A DNA stretch of 63,982 bases, the filler included, from Sphacelaria rigidula (taxonomy: Eukaryota): NCBI GenBank assembly GCA_964200075.2. It is 3 parts of 3 records of this genome, joined end to end, with 100 filler letters (N's around TTAATTAATTAA, not from the genome) between each part and the next. Parts side by side here need not be neighbours in the genome. Positions count along the whole stretch, not along the records: positions 1 to 21,329 come from CAXNAA020000435.1; 2 more parts are not named here. One strand, written 5' to 3'. The notes beneath the pieces were generated by a model. The model had not been told where the DNA came from. It ran no database searches and saw only the letters and a program-made list of their open reading frames with translations. The stretch's first letter is position 1, and every line of letters starts with the position of its first letter. The position numbers and the translations under genes are program-made. Below are positions 1 to 11,900 of the stretch, piece by piece.

Positions 1-280
1 CTAGCCAACGCAATGAGTGGCGTGTTTTACAGCATCATCACCAACCGACGCCTACCCCATCGGGGGTCCGCCCCTACAAAGCCGGGACGGAGCACGCCGG
101 GTTCTCGCCGGACCAGGCTAACGGGTGGGGGGAGGGGGGGGGGCTCGGAATTATCGACGGGGTAGGACGTTATACGGGGGATCTGATGAAGGGATCCCAT
201 GCTGTGGCGAAGACAAAGGAATGGAGGGCCAAGCAGTTCGCACACGCAGACACTGACGGTAAGTCTCGAGCGAAGCATAG

Positions 281-324
<44 letters not shown>
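281..324 (+). repeat. (TGCT)n microsatellite, possibly the tail of a retroposon 3' end occupying ~120-324
   Basis: About 11 perfect TGCT units seen directly. Confidence 0.9.
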
Positions 325-325
<1 letters not shown>

Positions 326-733
326 TACGAGTCGGCCATGTTATGGAGTGGTTGACTGTAGTAGTTGGCTTGCTCCATCAACTCTCGTGGTGGTATTGTT
401 TCCAACACCGGTTCGTACTCGTATTTCGATCGATCCATTGGATTCATCGATTGATTGTGGTGAAACGTAACTGATCCGAATTGAATCGAGGGGGCGGTCA
501 AGAGACAAAACACTGAGGAGATTCTCAAGGTGACTGTCATCCGAATGCAGCCTCAAGATACCCCGCAGGAGGAACCTCGATTGCGGTTCTGCTCGCGCGG
601 TACTGTACGGTTAAATTTTGCTCTGCGCTGCCCTACAAAACACCACAACACGCTGCACCGTGTAGTAGCGTGCTGAAACGTCTTATGCTTCGATACGATA
701 ATCGCTGCACACGCACGGCCTATCTGTCGATAA

Positions 734-1012
734 GGCCCATTATTATCGACACCGTTTTTTTCAGGGAGCGCAGAATTTTTCATATATTTCGGACACTGCG
801 TTCAGACTTCTCCGAGAATGAAGCGGCTTGATTTTTTCTCCGAAGCTTCATCCTTGGAGAAGTCCAAAAGATTCGGACTGCAACGCAGCACTTCGGAGAG
901 TTGCCTCGAGAATACGCCGTGGTGCTCGCAAGCATTCGTGAATCATCGAATACCTCGCCAGTCCCGACAACTACGGAGATCTCCGAAAAAATAGTGTCGA
1001 TAATAATGGGTC
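734..1012. mobile_element. MITE, possibly PIF/Harbinger (Tourist-like)
   Basis: Left end GGCCCATTATTATCGACACCGTTTTTT and right end AAAAAATAGTGTCGATAATAATGGGTC form ~30 bp inverted repeats. Flanks TAA/GAA resemble a 3-bp TAA target duplication with one mismatch. No coding capacity. Confidence 0.6.
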
Positions 1013-1302
1013 GAACACCAGACTCCACACACACCATTCACGTAGCCGCCACAGGTACTGATCGCAGTGCCCAGCACGATCCACGCGAGGTCAATATGAG
1101 AATGGCCCTACTCTTATGAAATCTACTGCAGCACAGAACTCTTCCCCCTCGTCCTCAACCTTCACACCGTGCATAATTTTATTACCCTTGGACTGCAATA
1201 TCTTGCACGGGTCGAACAGGGCTACGTACGCACAAACGTTGTATCTTATAATATATGTCGTCCGAAAGCATGAGAAAGAAATTTGGTGTGTGCGAGGGAG
1301 GA

Positions 1303-2315
1303 GGGGTGGGGGCGTATTCATTTGTTGCTCGCCTCAGTCGTTTGACCATTGACCACGTATCCCTTTCGAGACGAAGCACCGTTCCTACTCCTAATAGAGA
1401 CACCTTCAACATTCCGGCGCTCATTACGTTTCTTCCATACATTACACTAAAGCCTTTTACATATATTTTCCCCGTCCTGTTTCGCCGTCTCCGCCCACCA
1501 TCTATCTCTTAGTATAACCATCGTTTTCTCCCTACTGTGTAATGCATCAAACGATTTCATCCCACTTTCGTTCACGTCCCGCATTTCCCCCTCTAGCACG
1601 TCCCGTCCCTCCTTATATATAGTTCACATCCTGCAACTAATTGACTCCTGTTTTTTGTTGCTTTGCCACAGAGGCAGTTCTGCCCATCTACTTCCTCGTC
1701 CTCTCGACGACTGGTATATCTCTTTCTTCTTTTTGGCAGGTCCGGGTCCCCGCCCCCCCCCCGAAATCGCAGTTTCAGATTTTCTGCCGCGTCTATTGGG
1801 CCGTGCAAAAAATGTTTTCATCCCTATCCCCTCTCAACCCCCCGTATATCTCCAGGTGTTCTTCCTCGTCTACTTTGCGTCTGAGCGCTGTTTTCCCCCC
1901 ATTTCTATCATGTATCTTACTCTCGTCTTGTACCTCTCGCCTTCACCTGTGCACAGTATTTCGTCTTGGTTTCCCCCTATCTCCTTCCATACTTTCTCGA
2001 TTTCTTCACCCAAACTTATAGCATGCTCCTTCGTACTTTTTTCCATTCAACCTTATCAACTATAGCTGGCAGTCTCTTTCTCTGCATGTTCTTCACGGCT
2101 ATATTGCCATCTCAATTTCCTCATGTCTCTGGATATTTGAGGTGAGTACATTCCCAAATCTGCCCTCAGTGCTGCATTACTCGTCGTTTTCGAGCATCCA
2201 AGTATCTTCTTGGCTACTGCCACCTGTACTGTTTCTAGCTTTTTCACCAACTTCACGTTGCCTTCCCATACTTCTCCTGCATATTCCAGCTTCGGCACGA
2301 TCACGTTTATCAGGA
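1303..2315 (-). mobile_element. 5'-truncated, decayed non-LTR retrotransposon (LINE) ORF2 3' end (family Y here)
   Basis: The minus-strand peptide VIVPKLEYAGEVW...LETVQ...KKILGCSKTTSNAALRADLG is typical of the post-RT (thumb) region. It is followed by a Cys-rich knuckle-like segment (NCLCGKA...LVAGC). The terminal ~255 bp is repeated at 8631-8886. Confidence 0.8.
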
Positions 2316-2676
2316 TGTGTGTGTGTTGTCGTCCCATCTACTCTGGACGCCGGTGTACACCTTTTGGTATGTGGGCGTACCTGCCGGGGTCACACAGGAG
2401 GAAGGCCAACACGGGAAATTTTGACTTTTTTATTTGTTTGCTTCTCCACCTCCCTCCTGCGGTGCTTGCCTTTATTTTTTATCGCGAGAGGAGTTTAGCA
2501 GTCCCTTTCCCTCGTCGATCGTTAAGTCGAAGTTTTTTTTGTGTACCCACGATATAGTCGCTCTCCATTGTTGGGTATTGTGTGAGAATGAATCCCAGAT
2601 CGCTCCGAGATTCGAACCCACGACCCAACCGTCAGAAGGTTTCGGGGTTACCGACTGAGCCACCGGAGCGACCGGC
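2316..2676 (-). mobile_element. tRNA-derived SINE, copy 1
   Basis: Minus strand starts GCCGGTCGCTCCGGTGGCTCAGTCGG (A box) ... GGGTTCGAATCTC (B box) and ends in a (CA)n tail. Four more homologous copies lie in the window. Confidence 0.9.
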
Positions 2677-3277
2677 GTACGCCTCTCTTACTCCTAGTGT
2701 CTAGATGCGAGTCTCTGAGGACCACGTCCATCCTTCAAATCTGTGCCTTACCCTTTTCTATTACTTTCTATCTGTGCAAAAGTGGGCAATAGCCGATGAG
2801 ATGCGCTGGGTGCTGGTCCAATGGTCTTGGCGTGAACCGCGGTCCATAGCGAGGTCTGGGCGTGCATTACAGGCGGTAAAATTAAAAAAAAACTTGTACG
2901 GACAAGCACCCAGATCGACTAAATGTTGGAACATACGGGAAAAGGATACCGTTGTGCGTAGGGGCTAGATAGTCTTGGATTCCCTGCTGACTGTGACGGG
3001 CGACAACATATATCCTCTTTCCTTCACACCATAGACTGCAAAATTACACTGTCGAAAACTCTACTCCGTACAGTATGGAATCTATTGTCCATTGCAATAG
3101 ACAGAGTAGTCGAATTGTGCGCAGGACACTTTTTGGTAGTGTCGTATGTTGCCCAGGGTGTGCTTTACCGTACGGGGTTGCGGGCGAGGGCGATGGTGGA
3201 TACTGCAAACCTGTTGGGATCTTCACCCGCGAGAGCATTCTTGCATGAAGACCGAGTCACACTTGTTTCTAACGCAG

Positions 3278-6200
3278 GCCCAAGTGGGATTCAAAACGAT
3301 CATTACTTGGCACTGAAGGGGTTGCAACTCTGGATACGAAAAAAATGGTGCCCCTTCTCGGAAGTACGCCAAGCTGGACCCGGTCAATGTGTTTTTTCTA
3401 TCAATACGAGAAGAAAATGGAACCCTTATCCCGAAATGAGTGCAAATGAATCCCCGCTCCTCGCCCTACCCCGTCGGGAGAGAGTGGGGTGAATTGATTG
3501 CTCCGTCAGCCTACAGATGGATTCGTTACGAGGAAGGCAGCGGAAGGTCCGACCCTTCAGCTTAATCTGAACCTGAGCCATGTTCCAAGTGAACGTGACT
3601 TTGATTCAAACGATGGACAGATCTGGTCAAATAACGGATCAAAGTTGAACTAGTGCGATGTAAGGGGGAAGAATAATCCAACAACTGAACCCACCCCAAG
3701 GCCGCCCTGCCGTGTCTCCGGTCGGTGTTCAGCTCGGTTGTTGGGGCCGCCCGGAAGATGCTCTATCTTTCGTGAAGTACCATGTGACGCTGGCAGCTCT
3801 GCTGCTCGCCCCGGTGGGCGTGAGCGCTTCACAAGTTTCCGCATCTTCCGCCAGAGTTGAAAACTTGAGACAGTGCTGGTGATGATCGGCGGTGGGGGTT
3901 CCACTATACATCAGCTAGTTGATGATATGGTGCTGGCAGAAGGCATGAAACGAAAATAATGTTGGAACGTTGTTTCTTCGACTTGCATGCATGAGATGTA
4001 CTTCTTCCCCCCCCCCCCCCCCCCCAATAGCTTGAGTGGGGGGAAACGTGGGAAGTTCGGGTGGTGATGGTTGGTGGCGGGCGCGGGTTTTTCTGGTTGC
4101 TCTGGGTGGTACAAAAAGTGGCGAACGAAATTCACATTGGAGACGAGGGGATGCGAAATTTCTGTTTGTGAGGAAAACTCAAGTGTCGTGTTTTCTGTTA
4201 CTCTGGGTGGTAGTGTTTGTATCAAACCCATGGTATGAATCGCGGCAGGCGGAACCGTCGTGAGGGGCATGGATGACGGAAGGGCGTAAGGTTTTCTCAT
4301 GAAGAAAGGCCAGTGTGAGAGTTTCGATCGGGCTCGGGAATATGTCCGGTGTATCACTTTTCGTGTACATTGTGATTCGCAGAATTTGCGCGGCAGAGAG
4401 GATGAGGGGGAAAAGAAACTTGCTTGTAGTAGAAGTCGGGCTTGGGCTTTTCTGGTCGCCGTCGGTAATGCACAACGTGAATTCACCATGGTATGCCTTG
4501 CGGCAGGCACGATGTACGGAGGAGGTGCGGGGGGTGGGCGCGGAAGGAATTGCTTGCGGAGGAAGTCGAGCTTCGGGTTTTCACGTCGGCCTGAGTGGTG
4601 CACTCTGTGTTTCCCTACGGTGTGTGATATGGTAAACGGCATTTTAGTGAGTAAGCGATCGGCGAGGAGAGGGGAGCTTGCTGGTGAAGGGATCATGCTT
4701 AAGATTCGTTGTCGGCCTGGATGATGTACTCCCTATATCACCTTTGTATGTTGTGCGTCTTGGCAGACGAGGCTCGCGTGAGACGGAGCGAGGAGTGGAG
4801 AGACCTGCTCGTAGGAAAAATCGAGCTTGGGATTTGCTGTTTATCTGGGGGTTATACACGTGGGAGCGCTGGCTAGGAGGAGAAGAGCTTGCCTGTAGGG
4901 GAAATCATGTTCGGGATTTCGTGGTCGGCAGTATTCAGGGGGGAAAGAGATCCGTGAGGGGAAGGGTTTGCTTGTGGAAGAAGTAGCTAAATCGTGTGTT
5001 GTTTGTCTGAATGCTATACTCGTGGAAATGGGTGCGAGGGGGGGGGAAGGGCTTGCTCGTGGAGTTACGCTTGAGATTCGATGCCACGCTGGGTGCTCTA
5101 CGCGACGGAGAGAAAGCGGGGACGGCGGGGGCTTGCTTGGTGATGGAGTCGAGGTTGGGAATTTTTGTCGCGCTGGGTGGTATACCTCGTATGTCACCTG
5201 TAGTATGCGCCGTGGTAACCAGAACTCGGCAGGGAGAGGGGTTGCTTGTAGAAGAATGAGGTAAAACGTTTGTTGTTTGTACGCGTGCTATACACATGGG
5301 TCTGGGAGCAAGAGACGGGAAGGGCTTGCTCGCGAAAGAAGTCACGTTTGAGATTCGGTGCCACGCTGGGTCTTCTACGCGACGGAGAGAGGGCGAGGAC
5401 GGCGGAGGGCTTGCTTGTTCATGGAGTCGAGGTTGGGAATATGTCGCGCTAGGTTATATACAGTACATCGTATGTCACTCATGGCATTCATCGTGGTTGG
5501 CAATATTGAAGCAGGAGAGGAGTCGGTGAGGGGCAGGGGTAGCTTGTGAAGGAATCGAGCTTGGGAATTGTTGTTGACCTGGATGATGTACGCGAGGAAG
5601 TGGGGGTAGAGAAGAGGAAAGGTTTGCATGTAGAATAAAGTCGAGCCTGGGATTTGGTGTCGCCCCAGGTGCTGTACACGCTGGGGTGAGTGAGAGGAAG
5701 GGGAAGAGCTTGCAGGTGGAAGAAGTCGAGCTCGAAATGTGGTGGTGATACCCTGGGCGCTCACGCCAGGAAGTGGGGATAGGAAATTCTGCCACTCTTG
5801 GTAACATGCCTCGTATGTCACGAGTGGGATGCGTTGTGGTGGGCAAGATTTAAGACAGAAAGGCACCCATGAGGGGAAGGGCTTGCCTGTAAAGAATTCG
5901 AGTACAGTGTCTTTTGTTTATCTGGGTACTCTACGCGCGGAATTGGGGGGCGGGGACGAGAGAGAGCTTGCGTGTAGAGGAGCTCGAGCACGCGTGTTTG
6001 GTGTAGCCGCGGGTGCTGAGGGCGTTGGAGGGGAAGGAATTGCTCGTAGAAGTCGTCGCGCTTGAGATGCAGTGCCACCGTGGGCGCAATACGCGAAGAA
6101 AAGGCGGCAGGAACGGCTGGGGGTTTGCTTGTTGATGAGGTCGTGGTTGGGAGTTTCTGTCACCCTGAGTGACGTACCTCATATATTCCCTCTGGGTTGG

Positions 6201-8382
6201 TTTGCAGGCGAAATCTGAGCGGGAGAGGAGTCGGTGAGGGGGCAGGGTTGCCGATGGAGAAAGCGAGCTTGGGATTTGGTGTCGCCCTGGGAGGTGTAAG
6301 CGCGGAAGGGAGGCGGATAAGGGGGAGAGGGTGCTTTGGAACAAGTCGACTCTAAGATTTGGTGCCGGTCTGGGTAGTATACTACGTACACATCGCCTGC
6401 GGTGTAACGCGGGATAGGCGGTATGGCTGTGAGAAAGCAGTGCGTGCTTATGAGGGAAATCGAGCACGGTATTTGTCATCGCCCTAGGTTGTGTACGCGC
6501 GGAAGTTGGAGCGGACATGAAGAAGAACTTGCTGACGGAGAAAGTCGAGGATGGGGTTTGTTGTTGCACTGGGAGGTATAGGCCGGGAGTGGTCAATGGG
6601 ACAGAAGGTTATCTTGTAGATGAAGTCGAGGCTGGGGTTTGCGGTCGCCCTGAGTTAGAATATCACCTGCGGTATACCTCGCGGTGGGCGAAGATTGAGT
6701 TAAACAGGGATCGCGGGAGAGGGAGAGGCTTGCTTGTGGAGGAATCGAGCGTTGGATTTGTGGTCGATCTGGGTGGTGCACCCTACATACCACCTACATA
6801 GTATAATGAGCGGGGAAGGGACAGGCTCACTCGTGGAGAATGTCAAGCTTGAAATTCGTGGTCGCCTGGGCACGTGCACGCGTGGGAGTGGGGGCGAGGA
6901 AGGGGCCAACTAGTAAAGATAGTCAAGCTTGGGGTCTGTTGTCACCCTGGGTGATACACGAATGGAAGTGAGCTTGGATTCGAGAGAGGGTTGGCTTGTC
7001 GAGAAGGCCGATCTTGACATTTTTGTCTCCGTGCGCGTCGGATTGGGCCCGGGGGGGTGTACTCATGATCATGCATGCCATAGTCATCAGATCATTGACC
7101 TCGCATCCCTACAAAGCCGGGACGGAGCACGCCGGGTTTTCGCCGGGGCAGGACGAGGGCGTGCTTCTCTCTAGAGGAAGTCGAGGTAGTGATTTGCGGT
7201 CACTCTGGATGGTGTGCCTCGTGGTAGGCAAAAGTTGATCGGGAAAGGGATCAGTGAAAGGGGGAGGCTCGCTCGTGGAGAAATCGAGCTATGGATCCGT
7301 CGTCGGCCTGCGTGATATACCCCACGTATCATCCATGTGCGTTGTGCGTTGTGGGAGGTGTACTTTGTGTTGGAGGGGGCGGGGAAAGGGCAGGCTTGTT
7401 TGTGGAAAACGTCGAGACTGATACTAATATTTGTGTTGATCTAGAAGGCGTACGCGTGGAAGTGGGGACGGAAAACGAATAGGGCTTGCTAGAAGAGATA
7501 GTCGAGCGTGCGGGTTGTTTTCTCCCTGACTGATTACGCGTGGGAGGGCGGGAGATCAAGACGGGGCGTGCCTGTTGGAAAATCGAGTTCGGGATTTGTT
7601 GTCGCACTGGTACTGCACGTGAGGTGGTAAAGCGGAGAAGGGAGAGGGCTCGCTGGTAAAGGAAGTGACGCTTGAGATTTATTGTTCCCCCGGGTGCTCA
7701 AAGCGTGGAGTGGAGGCGGGTAAACCGATGGGGCTGCTCGTGGAAAAACTTGAGAGCGCAGTTGGTGTCACCCTGAGGGCTGTATGGGTGATAGCGATAG
7801 GGTAACCACTTAAGTGAGAGGATCGTGCTCGAGAAGCTTCTCCACATAGGATAACACTACGCGAGTGATTCATTGAAGACATTGAGGTCACAGACTCACA
7901 GGGTGCCCACTGCATACTATTTCAAATTTATGACCGTCGCTAGAGTATGGCGTGGGGTACGTGGTGTGTTGCTGCGCACGTGTACCTTCATGAGCGTACT
8001 TGACTCCCTAGGTGGATTATTGATGTCATGTTATAGCCTGTTGGATCTCTGGGGGTAGTTCTCATGGTTGTGGGATATGAGACCGAGAGGTTGTCTTGCC
8101 TTCTCGCCCTTTTTCAAACCGGGTTAGCGTTCTTGTTTCATCCCTTGTTCAGCGAGCACCAGATCATCCAACTATTGAGTCTCCAGACCACTTTTTCCCA
8201 CCTACGGTTTATCACTGAGGCACTTGGCGGTTCCGCTCGAGTTCAGATATATGTCAACACAAGATTGGCTTTCCGCCGCCGAGGGCGTGGCACAATGGCA
8301 CCAAAGGGGGAGGAAGGAGGCAGAGGAAGTCGCCGAAGACTGTTGGGATAAAGATCCTCCATCAATCCAACCTACGCTACAG
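3278..8382 (+). CDS. Candidate internal exons of an unidentified host gene (3278-3382, 3517-3546, 8247-8382)
   Basis: AG/GT-bounded open segments with compatible phases: PKWDSKRSLLGTEGVATLDTKKMVPLLGSTPSWTR / WIRYEEGSGR / YMSTQDWLSAAEGVAQWHQRGRKEAEEVAEDCWDKDPPSIQPTLQ. Only 8247-8382 has strong sites (ttcag / gtgaga). No recognisable domain. Confidence 0.3.
4140..7830 (+). repeat. Degenerate tandem array of roughly 35-38 units with a ~60 bp conserved core and variable purine-rich spacers (period ~80-130 bp)
   Basis: Recurrent core approximately GGRAGGGCTTGCTYGTGGARGAAGTCGAGCTTGGGATTTGTKGTCGCCCTGGGTGRTRTAC, e.g. at 4410, 4541, 4960, 5043, 5402, 5701, 5873, 6601, 6721, 7261, 7641. Confidence 0.85.
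7051..7152 (-). mobile_element. Short retroposon-like repeat (family X) inserted in the tandem array
   Basis: Homologous to 72-118, 21431-21593 and 49238-49449 (shared CCCTACAAAGCCGGGACGGAGCACGCCGG block). Ends in ATGAGTACACCCCCCC on the minus strand. Confidence 0.75.
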
Positions 8383-8630
8383 GTGAGAGACTGAGTGATG
8401 CCGCGATAGCCGCCCCCCCTCCCCCCCCCAAAGTGGCTGATTTGAGGAGGCAATATCCACATACGAGTCAAAATGACAAAGGCTGAGCGCACCGACCAGC
8501 TGGAAACCCGCACGGTTGGGATCGTTTTTGCCGGTGTCGCCCACAGGAGAGGCCCTTCATGCAGTCTGAAACCCGCTTTCATGCGCTGTATAGTCATTTT
8601 CTTCGTCGTGACAATTTTGGGGCTGGTTTG

Positions 8631-8886
8631 GGGGGGGGGGCGTACTCATTCCTTGCTTGCCTTAGTCGTTTGACCATTGACCATGCATCCTTTCGACACG
8701 GAGCACCGTTCCTACTCCTAATGGAGACACCTTCGACATTCCGGCTCCCATTACGTTTCTTCCATACATTACCCAAAAACCTCTTACATATCTCATCCCC
8801 GTCCTGTTTCGCCGTCTGTGGCCACCATGTATCTCCTAGTATAGCCATCGTTTTCTCCCCACTGTCTAATGCATCAAACGATTTCA
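8631..8886 (-). mobile_element. LINE (family Y) 3' fragment, cut by the Gypsy LTR
   Basis: Clear nucleotide similarity to 1303-1560. Homology stops exactly at ...ACGATTTCA, where the LTR TGTAATGGGG begins. Confidence 0.85.
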
Positions 8887-9353
8887 TGTAATGGGGTTAC
8901 GCCGGGTGTATGGTAAACACGCCTTACTAGTAAGGCAGGAGGACCAAACAACAGGCTTGACACACCAGCTAGGAGGTAAAGAACAGTTCTGCGGCGTACA
9001 ATGGTGATGTGCTGTATCCGACGTATCAAATCAGTCTCACGCGTAGGTATGATAGTATCTCTTCTCGAATGCCTACTCCCTTGATCTGCTAAGTACTTCT
9101 CAGTGCTCAATCTCTCTCGTTCAATCAATCAGTCTCAACGAAGATGCGAGGGTGTCCTTGTCGGGATGAAGCGTTGTGCCCACCACGGGCGAACCCATTG
9201 GCTATCATCCCTCGCTATATACGAGTTTGTACTCGTATCTGATCAAATCTGAACAGACCTGCAGTATTAAAATAACCTGAAATGTCATGCACTCTAGCTA
9301 GACCCGACAACGGATCAGAGGCGGCATGACAACAGGTTAATATGACCCTCACA
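8887..9353 (-). repeat. 3' LTR (~467 bp)
   Basis: Begins TGTAATGGGG and plausibly ends ...GACCCTCACA. The adjacent CTAACCCACCT (9354-9364) reads AGGTGGGTTAG on the minus strand (PPT-like). TATATA near 9217. The first 200 bp match 20010-20210. The inner boundary is inferred. Confidence 0.75.
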
Positions 9354-9957
9354 CTAACCCACCTAGACAGTACAGCTGCGAGGATCTATCCTCAAAAGCA
9401 GCGAAAATCAAGGTTTTTCTTTGCTCGTAAAGTCATGAGCGGCAGATAAGGCACACCTAAGGAAACACTCCAGTACCCACACTCCCACACCTCATAATAA
9501 GGGAAGCATACACTGCTTCGAGGAGCAGAAAAATTGCCTCGAAGCGCGGAAGCACAAACTGCTTCTGCGTACTAGCGACCAACGAAGAAGCACAAGTTGC
9601 TTCGGCGTCCTAGCAAAAACGAGGGGGGGAACCCGGGGGGTACAACAGGGGGCAGAGCTTATACGTGGGGGATTCCACAGGGGAAAATATTACGGCAAGA
9701 TCAGTAGCGACCAACGCATGTTGGTCGGAAGCAAGGGAATCAAAGTCTGAAATCGGTGATCCAACGCGATCGAGCTCCAGCCAAAAAGGGGAGTACTGGA
9801 GCTTCAATAGGCGTAGATGGTTGGTGGCTCCTAAAAGTGTCCGATCGTAGTCCGATGTAAGCAGTCCTGTTGTGAGAGTCGCAGAGTCGGGCCCTAGCGA
9901 AGAAGGGAGGGAAAAATAATAAAGAAGGGAAGAAAGGTTGCAGTGCAGGGGCGTAGT

Positions 9958-11900
9958 TCAAAGCGGTGCGTGGACGTCATGGGTGTGATCGATGTTGCGC
10001 TGAATACCGCGGCGAAGTCCTTTTGACTTGAGTCGCTGAAGGCACCAGCATCCGCGTGGGGCAGATGGGCTGGTGATGTATCGTGCTGGCCGAAGCTTGA
10101 GCTAGATGGGGCAGGGGTCATCGATGAAGCGCACGGTGTACGTGTCGGCAGAAACCAGGTGAGCTGAGTGGGTGTGACCCAACCGCCAGAAGTTGTCGCT
10201 GCCTTTGAACTTGAGTAGTATGCGCTGGTTTGCGAAGAACGTCGCCTTACAAGTCTTGGTGGATATAACTCGTAGCCATCGGCGACAAAACGTAGTCCTC
10301 GTTCGCGATGAAGTTCGCGGGCTGCTGTACCACGACGCATGTTACAATATTTCTCGTTGTGAGCAAGATGCTGATGTTGGGGTTGCGTCCAGTACAGGGG
10401 GATTGAACGGCGGTGCAACTGAAGGTCGGATTCGCGTTCCCAAGATGCTCTCCGAAGACCTTGCAAGTGTGTCTCATACATGACGGCAATTTTGCCACCT
10501 CGACCACGAGTGATCTGGCTGCCGGAGACGGTGGACACGGTCAAGCGGAGGGGCTGTTCCGTCACGTCGTCGGTTGTAACGTGATAGGGTGGAGACTTGG
10601 TCGAGTAGCTGTTGAGAACATACTGAGTGAGACCGGCAGGCAAGTACTTGGGCATGTCGCTAGTACCATGCGGGTTCCTGCAGGGTTTTCATCTGTGCAC
10701 GGAGACGCGGGGCTTGGTGTCCTTGCCCTGGAGGTCGCGAGGCAAGTCGAGATAGAGCAGTTTGTCATCAACGGGTTTATCATCCGGTGATGATGGCCAT
10801 GGTCCGACTGTCAGGATCTTGAATGGTCCTGTCCAATTGAGGAACAACTTTGTCTTCAAAATGTTTTCGTTGGCTGCCTTGCTGGTGCCTTGGCGGATTG
10901 TCGACAAACTGTTGTAGATCCAAATCCAATCACCAACTTTCCAGTTGGGGCGTTTGTGCATGAGGTTGTAGAGAGCAGTGTTAGATCTCTCAAGGCGCGA
11001 GGCGTTGGTAGCATGTTGTTCGCGCACGAGGGTAAACGCTTTGCGTTGTCGTGAATGCGCTAGCTCGTGATAGGATATCTGATCCTGATCCAATCCTTGG
11101 TGGCCATCGAACGTGTGTCGCTCAAACACGGTGATGGGCAGCCGAGGGTAGCGTCCGACATAGAGTTCGTTCGGGGAAAGGCCCGTGGCGGCGTTAACCA
11201 AGTTGTTGTAGGACAACATGATATGCGAGAGATGTAAGTCCCAGTCAATTTGGCGGTCATTGACCACCATAGAGAGCATCTGATCTATAATATGATTGAC
11301 TCTTTTCGTACTACCATTATCATTAGGGTGGTAGGCGCTCGTGCGGATGCCCAGAAGCTTGTGAAGCTCATCAGAGAGATCTGAGCAAAATTGCTGAACA
11401 TTGTCGGAAAGCAGTCGTTTCGGGCAACCGTAGTCCTTAATGTAGTCGTCGAACAGTATCTCGACCGTTCCGACGGCAGTGAAATCTGCAGCGGTTACCG
11501 CGTACATGGACGCGTGGCGGCTGAAGCGGTCAGTGAAGAGTAAGATGTAGGTGTTGCCGCGACCTGTGGTCGGTAAAGGGCCAAAGTAGTCAAAGGACAC
11601 AAGGTGGCCCAGGGCGTGGGGGAGTCCCATAGAGATGACGGGCCAGCGTACTGTCTGTCACGAAGTTTTTCGAGCTTGGCATTTGAAGCATCGCCGAATC
11701 CAGAAGCGGGTGCCCACCAGCAAAAGCGCTCTAGGAGCGCCAAGGTGCGAGTGACACGAAGGTGACATGACAAGTCCATGTGGCAGCCTTTCATGACCCA
11801 GGGGCGCATTAATAATGGGACATATATGCGCGTTGGTTCGTCATCGAGTAGTCGTGCGTGGCGTCCCGTGGTTAAGACGAAAATTGCGCCCGTCAAAGGC
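9958..11900 (-). pseudogene. Gypsy integrase with C-terminal extension
   Basis: HHCC remnant (CHMDLSCH...RCFKCQ), core VSFDYFGP...LLSDN...STKRVN (catalytic E replaced by K) and GPY/F motif WTGPFKI. Then a chromo-like segment (10413-10544) and a further domain (9958-10260). Confidence 0.9.

Noticed and set aside
183..225. CTGATGA suggesting a hammerhead ribozyme
   Set aside because: No convincing stem II followed by GAAA, and no stem I/III pairing found.
2600..2676. tRNA genes at the SINE heads
   Set aside because: A and B boxes are present but there is no full cloverleaf, and each is attached to the same ~290 bp body.
4140..7830. CRISPR array interpretation of the core-plus-spacer repeat
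   Set aside because: The repeats are too long and divergent, spacers are related and of uneven length, there are no cas genes, and the context is eukaryotic.
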